DNA from: Auanema rhodensis
Taxonomy: Eukaryota; Animalia; Nematoda
DNA: 64,000 nucleotides
Direction of reading: 5' to 3'
Assembly (NCBI GenBank): GCA_964057225.1
Contig: OZ059899.1
Location: forward strand, 9,982,001 to 10,046,000
The notes below the pieces were generated by a model. That model saw only the letters and a program-made list of their open reading frames with translations, ran no database searches and was not told the origin of the DNA. Positions 55,801 to 64,000 of this stretch are shown here, in pieces. The translations under genes were made by a program, and so were the position numbers. Each line of letters begins with the position of its first letter. Position 1 is the stretch's first letter.

Positions 55801-56339
55801 ATATCTAACAATCTTTTTCATTTTATTTCTTATTGTTTGTTTTAAAGTAGGAAAAACTAGTTCTTTTCTTTCTAATTTCCATCCCAAATGCTTTCGAATT
55901 CCAGAAAAAAATATATACTGCCTTGTTCAACTAAGATTTCAGAAACTCTTATGAAAAAAAACTAAGACTATTGTGATGAGAGAAATTAAGAGAAAAACTA
56001 TGGAGCTGACATTACATTTTTCTACAATATCACTAGATTCGATATCATTGATTTCCTGGAAACGTTATTCCTCTCCTTTTTGTATATCAAACGAGAGTTT
56101 TATGTAATCGTAGAAAAATCAGGATCAGTCTGTTCTGTTGGAGAACTGTAAGACATAAAAATTCAATCTAATAGGCTCTTCATCGAAGTAAATGTATAAG
56201 TTAAAATTGGATATCTAACAATCTTTTCATTTTGTTTATTATTGTTTGTTTTAAAATAGAAAAAACTAGTTCTTTTCGTTCTAATTTCCATCCAAAATGC
56301 TTTCGAAATTTCTATCCAATATGCTTTTATATCAAACGA

Positions 56340-58959
56340 GAGTTTTATGTAATCATAGAGAAATCAGGATCAGTCTGTTCTGTTGGAGAACTGTAAGACA
56401 TAAAATTTCAAACTAATAGGCTCTTTATCGAAGTAAATGTATAAGTTTAAATTGGATATCTAACAATCTTTTTCATTTTATTTCTTATTGTTTGTTTTAA
56501 AGTAGGAAAAACTAGTTCTTTTCTTTCTAATTTTCATCCCAAATGCTTTCGAATTCCAGAAAAAAATATATACTGCCTTGTTCAACTAAGATTTCAGAAA
56601 CTCTTATGAAAAAAAACTAAGACTATTGTGATGAGAGAAATTAAGAGAAAAACTATGGAGCTGACATTACATTTTTCTACAATATCACTAGATTCGATAT
56701 CATTGATATCCTGGAAACGTTATTCCTCTCCTTTTTGTATATCAAACGAGAGTTTTATGTAATCGTAGAAAAATCAGGATCAGTCTGTTCTGTTGGAGAA
56801 CTGTAAGACATAAAAATTCAATCTAATAGGCTCTTCATCGAAGTAAATGTATAAGTTAAAATTGGATATCTAACAATCTTTTCATTTTGTTTATTATTGT
56901 TTGTTTTAAAATAGAAAAAACTAGTTCTTTTCGTTCTAATTTCCATCCAAAATGCTTTCGAAATTTCTATCCAATATGCTTTTATATCAAACGAGAGTTT
57001 TATGTAATCATAGAGAAATCAGGATCAGTCTGTTCTGTTGGAGAACTGTAAAACATAAAATTTCAAACTAATAGGCTCTTTATCGAAGTAAATGTATAAG
57101 TTTAAATTGGATATCTAACAATCTTTTTCATTTTATTTCTTATTGTTTGTTTTAAAGTAGGAAAAACTAATTCTTTTCTTTCTAATTTTCATCCCAAATG
57201 CTTTCGAATTCCAGAAAAAAATATATACTGCCTTGTTCAACTAAGATTTCAGAAACTCTTATGAAAAAAAACTAAGACTATTGTGATGAGAGAAATTAAG
57301 AGAAAAACTATGGAGCTGACATTACATTTTTCTACAATATCACTAGATTCGATATCATTGATATCCTGGAAACGTTATTCCTCTCCTTTTTGTATATCAA
57401 ACGAGAGTTTTATGTAATCGTAGAAAAATCAGGATCAGTCTGTTCTGTTGGAGAACTGTAAGACATAAAATTTCAATCTAATAGGCTCTTCATCGAAGTA
57501 AATGTATAAGTTAAAATTGGATATCTAACAATCTTTTCATTTTGTTTATTATTGTTTGTTTTAAAATAGAAAAAACTAGTTCTTTTCGTTCTAATTTCCA
57601 TCCAAAATGCTTTCGAAATTTCTATCCAATATGCTTTTATATCAAACGAGAGTTTTATGTAATCATAGAGAAATCAGGATCAGTCTGTTCTGTTGGAGAA
57701 CTGTAAGACATAAAATTTCAAACTAATAGGCTCTTTATCGAAGTAAATGTATAAGTTTAAATTGGATATCTAACAATCTTTTTCATTTTATTTCTTATTG
57801 TTTGTTTTAAAGTAGGAAAAACTAGTTCTTTTCTTTCTAATTTTCATCCCAAATGCTTTCGAATTCCAGAAAAAAATATATACTGCCTTGTTCAACTAAG
57901 ATTTCAGAAACTCTTATGAAAAAAAACTAAGACTATTGTGATGAGAGAAATTAAGAGAAAAACTATGGAGCTGACATTACATTTTTCTACAATATCACTA
58001 GATTCGATATCATTGATATCCTGGAAACGTTATTCCTCTCCTTTTTGTATATCAAACGAGAGTTTTATGTAATCGTAGAAAAATCAGGATCAGTCTGTTC
58101 TGTTGGAGAACTGTAAGACATAAAAATTCAATCTAATAGGCTCTTCATCGAAGTAAATGTATAAGTTAAAATTGGATATCTAACAATCTTTTCATTTTGT
58201 TTATTATTGTTTGTTTTAAAATAGAAAAAACTAGTTCTTTTCGTTCTAATTTCCATCCAAAATGCTTTCGAAATTTCTATCCAATATGCTTTTATATCAA
58301 ACGAGAGTTTTATGTAATCATAGAGAAATCAGGATCAGTCTGTTCTGTTGGAGAACTGTAAAACATAAAATTTCAAACTAATAGGCTCTTTATCGAAGTA
58401 AATGTATAAGTTTAAATTGGATATCTAACAATCTTTTTCATTTTATTTCTTATTGTTTGTTTTAAAGTAGGAAAAACTAGTTCTTTTCTTTCTAATTTTC
58501 ATCCCAAATGCTTTCGAATTCCAGAAAAAAATATATACTGCCTTGTTCAACTAAGATTTCAGAAACTCTTATGAAAAAAAACTAAGACTATTGTGATGAG
58601 AGAAATTAAGAGAAAAACTATGGAGCTGACATTACATTTTTCTACAATATCACTAGATTCGATATCATTGATATCCTGGAAACGTTATTCCTCTCCTTTT
58701 TGTATATCAAACGAGAGTTTTATGTAATCGTAGAAAAATCAGGATCAGTCTGTTCTGTTGGAGAACTGTAAGACATAAAATTTCAATCTAATAGGCTCTT
58801 CATCGAAGTAAATGTATAAGTTAAAATTGGATATCTAACAATCTTTTCATTTTGTTTATTATTGTTTGTTTTAAAATAGAAAAAACTAGTTCTTTTCGTT
58901 CTAATTTCCATCCAAAATGCTTTCGAAATTTCTATCCAATATGCTTTTATATCAAACGA
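56340..58959 (+). repeat. Local duplication, 1310 bp (LSLS) x2
   Basis: The variant GTAAAACATA is at ~57052 and ~58362. The equivalent block is single in macro-copy 1 (35299-36608). Confidence 0.82.
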
Positions 58960-60140
58960 GAGTTTTATGTAATCATAGAGCAATCAGGATCAGTCTGTTC
59001 TGTTGGAGAACTGTAAGACATAAAAATTCAATCTAATAGGCTCTTCATCGAAGTAAATGTATAAGTTTAAATTGGATATCTAACAATCTTTTTCATTTTA
59101 TTTCTTATTGTTTGTTTTAAAGTAGGAAAAACTAGTTCTTTTCTTTCAAATTTCCATCCAAAATGCTTTCGAAATTTCTATCCAATATGCTTTTATATCA
59201 AACGAGAGTTTTATATAATCATAGAGAAATCAGGATCAGTCTGTTCTGTTGGAGAACTGTAAGACATAAAAATTCAATCTAATAGGCTCTTCATCGAAGT
59301 AAATGTATAAGTTTAAATTGGATATCTAACAATCTTTTTCATTTTATTTCTTATTGTTTGTTTTAAAGTAGGAAAAACTAGTTCTTTTCTTTCAAATTTC
59401 CATCCAAAATGCTTTCGAAATTTCTATCCAATATGATTCTATATCAAACGAGAGTTTTATGTAATCATAGAGCAATCAGGATCAGTCTGTTCTGTTGGAG
59501 AACTGTAAGACATAAAATTTCAAACTAATAGGCTCTTTATCGAAGTAAATGTATAAGTTTAAATTGGATATCTAACAATCTTTTCATTTTGTTTATTATT
59601 GTTTGTTTTAAAATAGAAAAACTAGTTCTTTTCGTTCTAATTTCCATCCAAAATGCTTTCGAAATTTCTATCCAATATGCTTTTATATCAAACGAGAGTT
59701 TTATGTAATCATAGAGCAATCAGGATCAGTCTGTTCTGTTGGAGAACTGTAAGACATAAAATTTCAAACTAATAGGCTCTTTATCGAAGTAAATGTATAA
59801 GTTTAAATTGGATATCTAACAATCTTTTCATTTTGTTTATTATTGTTTGTTTTAAAATAGAAAAAACTAGTTCTTTTCGTTCTAATTTCCATCCAAAATG
59901 CTTTCGAAATTTCTATCCAATATGCTTTTATATCAAACGAGAGTTTTATGTAATCATAGAGCAATCAGGATCAGTCTGTTCTGTTGGAGAACTGTAAGAC
60001 ATAAAATTTCAAACTAATAGGCTCTTTATCGAAGTAAATGTATAAGTTTAAATTGGATATCTAACAATCTTTTTCATTTTATTTCTTATTGTTTGTTTTA
60101 AAGTAGGAAAAACTAGTTCTTTTCTTTCTAATTTCCATCC

Positions 60141-63100
60141 CAGCTCCATAGTTTTTCTCTTAATTTCTCTCATCACAATAGTCTTAGTTTTTTTTCATAA
60201 GAGTTTCTGAAATCTTAGTTGAACAAGGCAGTATATATTTTTTTCTGGAATTCGAAAGCATTTGGGATGGAAATTAGAAAGAAAAGAACTAGTTTTTCCT
60301 ACTTTAAAACAAACAATAAGAAATAAAATGAAAAAGATTGTTAGATATCCAATTTAAACTTATACATTTACTTCGATAAAGAGCCTATTAGATTGAATTT
60401 TTATGTCTTACAGTTCTCCAACAGAACAGACTGATCCTGATTTTTCTACGATTACATAAAACTCTCGTTTGATATACAAAAAGGAGAGGAATAACGTTTC
60501 CAGGATATCAATGATATCGAATCTAGTGATATTGTAGAAAAATGTAATGTCAGCTCCATAGTTTTTCTCTTAATTTCTCTCATCACAATAGTCTTAGTTT
60601 TTTTTCATAAGAGTTTCTGAAATCTTAGTTGAACAAGGCAGTATATATTTTTTTCTGGAATTCGAAAGCATTTGAAATGAAAATTAGAAAGAAAAGAACT
60701 AGTTTTTCCTACTTTAAAACAAACAATAAGAAATAAAATGAAAAGATTGTTAGATATCCAATTTTAACTTATACATTTACTTCGATGAAGAGCCTATTAG
60801 ATTGAATTTTTATGTCTTACAGTTCTCCAACAGAACAGACTTATCCTGATTTTTCTACGATTACATAAAACTCTCGTTTGATATACAAAAAGGAGAGGAA
60901 TAACGTTTCCAGGATATCAATGATATCGAATCTAGTGATATTGTAGAAAAATGTAATGTCAGCTCCATAGTTTTTCTCTTAATTTCTCTCATCACAATAG
61001 TCTTAGTTTTTTTTCATAAGAGTTTCTGAAATCTTAGTTGAACAAGGCAGTATATATTTTTTTCTGGAATTCGAAAGCATTTGGGATGGAAATTAGAAAG
61101 AAAAGAACTAGTTTTTCCTACTTTAAAACAAACAATAAGAAATAAAATGAAAAAGATTGTTAGATATCCAATTTAAACTTATACATTTACTTCGATAAAG
61201 AGCCTATTAGTTTGAAATTTTATGTCTTACAGTTCTCCAACAGAACAGACTGATCCTGATTGCTCTATGATTACATAAAACTCTCGTTTGATATAAAAGC
61301 ATATTGGATAGAAATTTCGAAAGCATTTTGGATGGAAATTAGAACGAAAAGAACTAGTTTTTTCTATTTTAAAACAAACAATAATAAACAAAATGAAAAG
61401 ATTGTTAGATATCCAATTTTAACTTATACATTTACTTCGATGAAGAGCCTATTAGATTGAATTTTTATGTCTTACAGTTCTCCAACAGAACAGACTTATC
61501 CTGATTTTTCTACGATTACATAAAACTCTCGTTTGATATACAAAAAGAAGAGGAATAACGTTTCCAGGATATTAATGATATCGAATCTAGTGATATTGTA
61601 GAAAAATGTAATGTCAGCTCCATAGTTTTTCTCTTAATTTCTCTCATCACAATAGTCTTAGTTTTTTTTCATAAGAGTTTCTGAAATCTTAGTTGAACAA
61701 GGCAGTATATATTTTTTTCTGGAATTCGAAAGCATTTGGGATGAAAATTAGAAAGAAAAGAACTAGTTTTTCCTACTTTAAAACAAACAATAAGAAATAA
61801 AATGAAAAAGATTGTTAGATATCCAATTTAAACTTATACATTTACTTCGATAAAGAGCCTATTAGTTTGAAATTTTATGTCTTACAGTTCTCCAACAGAA
61901 CAGACTGATCCTGATTTCTCTATGATTACATAAAACTCTCGTTTGATATAAAAGCATATTGGATAGAAATTTCGAAAGCATTTTGGATGGAAATTAGAAC
62001 GAAAAGAACTAGTTTTTTCTATTTTAAAACAAACAATAATAAACAAAATGAAAAGATTGTTAGATATCCAATTTTAACTTATACATTTACTTCGATGAAG
62101 AGCCTATTAGATTGAATTTTTATGTCTTACAGTTCTCCAACAGAACAGACTGATCCTGATTTTTCTACGATTACATAAAACTCTCGTTTGATATACAAAA
62201 AGGAGAGGAATAACGTTTCCAGGATATCAATGATATCGAATCTAGTGATATTGTAGAAAAATGTAATGTCAGCTCCATAGTTTTTCTCTTAATTTCTCTC
62301 ATCACAATAGTCTTAGTTTTTTTTCATAAGAGTTTCTGAAATCTTAGTTGAACAAGGCAGTATATATTTTTTTCTGGAATTCGAAAGCATTTGGGATGAA
62401 AATTAGAAAGAAAAGAACTAGTTTTTCCTACTTTAAAACAAAAATAAGAAATAAAATGAAAAAGATTGTTAGATATCCAATTTAAACTTATACATTTACT
62501 TCGATAAAGAGCCTATTAGTTTGAAATTTTATGTCTTACAGTTCTCCAACAGAACAGACTGATCCTGATTTCTCTATGATTACATAAAACTCTCGTTTGA
62601 TATAAAAGCATATTGGATAGAAATTTCGAGAGCATTTTGGATGGAAATTAGAACGAAAAGAACTAGTTTTTTTCTATTTTAAAACAAACAATAATAAACA
62701 AAATGAAAAGATTGTTAGATATCCAATTTTAACTTATACATTTACTTCGATGAAGAGCCTATTAGATTGAATTTTTATGTCTTACAGTTCTCCAACAGAA
62801 CAGACTGATCCTGATTTTTCTACGATTACATAAAACTCTCGTTTGATATACAAAAAGGAGAGGAATAACGTTTCCAGGATATCAATGATATCGAATCTAG
62901 TGATATTGTAGAAAAATGTAATGTCAGCTCCATAGTTTTTCTCTTAATTTCTCTCATCACAATAGTCTTAGTTTTTTTTCATAAGAGTTTCTGAAATCTT
63001 AGTTGAACAAGGCAGTATATATTTTTTTCTGGAATTCGAAAGCATTTGGGATGAAAATTAGAAAGAAAAGAACTAGTTTTTCCTACTTTAAAACAAAAAT

Positions 63101-64000
63101 AAGAAATAAAATGAAAAAGATTGTTAGATATCCAATTTAAACTTATACATTTACTTCGATAAAGAGCCTATTAGTTTGAAATTTTATGTCTTACAGTTCT
63201 CCAACAGAACAGACTGATCCTGATTTCTCTATGATTACATAAAACTCTCGTTTGATATAAAAGCATATTGGATAGAAATTTCGAGAGCATTTTGGATGGA
63301 AATTAGAACGAAAAGAACTAGTTTTTTTCTATTTTAAAACAAACAATAATAAACAAAATGAAAAGATTGTAAGATATCCAATTTTAACTTATACATTTAC
63401 TTCGATGAAGAGCCTATTAGATTGAATTTTTATGTCTTACAGTTCTCCAACAGAACAGACTGATCCTGATTTTTCTACGATTACATAAAACTCTCGTTTG
63501 ATATACAAAAAGGAGAGGAATAACGTTTCCAGGATATCAATGATATCGAATCTAGTGATATTGTAGAAAAATATAATGTCAGCTCCATAGTTTTTCTCTT
63601 AATTTCTCTCATCACAATAGTCTTAGTTTTTTTTCATAAGAGTTTCTGAAATCTTAGTTGAACAAGGCAGTATATATTTTTTTCTGGAATTCGAAAGCAT
63701 TTGAAATGAAAATTAGAAAGAAAAGAACTAGTTTTTCCTACTTTAAAACAAACAATAAGAAATAAAATGAAAAAGATTGTTAGATATCCAATTTTAACTT
63801 ATACATTTACTTCGATAAAGAGCCTATTAGTTTGAAATTTTATGTCTTACAGTTCTCCAACAGAACAGACTGATCCTGATTTTTCTACGATTACATAAAA
63901 CTCTCGTTTGATATACAAAAAGGAGAGGAATAACGTTTCCAGGATATCAATGATATCGAATCTAGTGATATTGTAGAAAAATGTAATGTCAGCTCCATAG
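60141..64000 (-). repeat. Same L/S satellite in inverted orientation (~12 units, continues past the window end)
   Basis: From 60141 the sequence CAGCTCCATAGTTTTTCTCTT... is the reverse complement of the L tail (AAGAGAAAAACTATGGAGCTG). The 66-aa repeat ORF switches from - to + at 61260..61460. Confidence 0.99.

Larger units (their letters stand above)
38000..59940 (+). repeat. Macro-repeat copy 2 (~21.9 kb), tandem to copy 1
   Basis: The offset to copy 1 is 19157 at the start, exactly 22108 over 22.2-26.1 kb (ORFs 22286/44394, 22530/44638, 23412/45520, 25964/48072) and 21941 at the end (37596/59537). The changes reflect local gains and losses of monomers. Confidence 0.88.
1..60142 (+). repeat. 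Tandem satellite array of interspersed 410-bp (L) and 245-bp (S) monomers, ~186 units, forward orientation
   Basis: The anchor GAGTTTTATGTAATC recurs at 1, 410, 655, 1065, 1310, 1720, 2130 ... 59941, with spacings of 409-410 or 244-246 bp (two exceptions near 12 kb). ORF-track offsets (655, 1065, 1720) are sums of 410 and 245. No unique sequence longer than 13 bp was seen. Confidence 0.99.

Noticed and set aside
1-60142. L/S order as an encoded message or Fibonacci-like quasi-periodic pattern
   Set aside because: Runs such as LLLL and SSSSSSSS violate such rules. Nested duplications and unequal exchange account for the order.
10306-61460. Recurrent 60-66-aa ORFs starting MLYDYIKLSFDIK
   Set aside because: They exist only where the GAGCAATC variant creates a TTG start on the antisense of S. 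The C-terminus changes with homopolymer indels, as expected for chance ORFs in a satellite.
1-64000. CRISPR array or other repeat-spacer/cassette system
   Set aside because: There are only two alternative 'spacers', each repeated ~90 times. The repeats are ~225 bp, and there is no leader, cas gene or integrase.
1-64000. Tandem 5S rRNA, tRNA, snRNA, spliced-leader or telomeric arrays
   Set aside because: No recognisable conserved RNA sequence, Pol III A/B/C boxes or short G-rich telomere motif. An rDNA-spacer or SL-RNA origin cannot be fully excluded without an Rfam search.
59941-64000. Fold-back (breakage-fusion-bridge) palindrome or chimeric read at the orientation switch
   Set aside because: The right arm does not mirror the left arm. 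The monomer order is L,L,L,S rather than L,S,S,S, and its variants match 9-12 kb and 17-18 kb.

Overview
The whole 64 kb window is one AT-rich tandem satellite array (about 29% GC by hand count of one unit). I find no credible gene, RNA gene, CRISPR array or intact mobile element; every ORF in the track is a by-product of the repeat. The array has two monomer classes: L (410 bp, some 409) and S (245 bp, range 244-246). They share a ~225-bp core and differ in the tail: 184 bp unique in L, versus 20 bp in S that is a near-copy of the adjacent core. About 186 monomers, roughly 1:1 L:S, run on + from 1 to 60142. The array flips orientation at a 2-bp (CA) microhomology and about 12 monomers run on - to the end. 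Private variants show nested duplications from ~490 bp to ~20 kb, including a tandem macro-duplication (18843-37999 / 38000-59940). A scarred patchwork at 11.7-13.0 kb contains a de novo 18-bp palindrome and a 113-bp mini-monomer. The inverted block mirrors haplotypes found 45-50 kb upstream. The organisation resembles eukaryotic (peri)centromeric satellite, but this is inference; I do not recognise the monomer or the organism. All alignments were done by eye, so coordinates may be off by a few bases.
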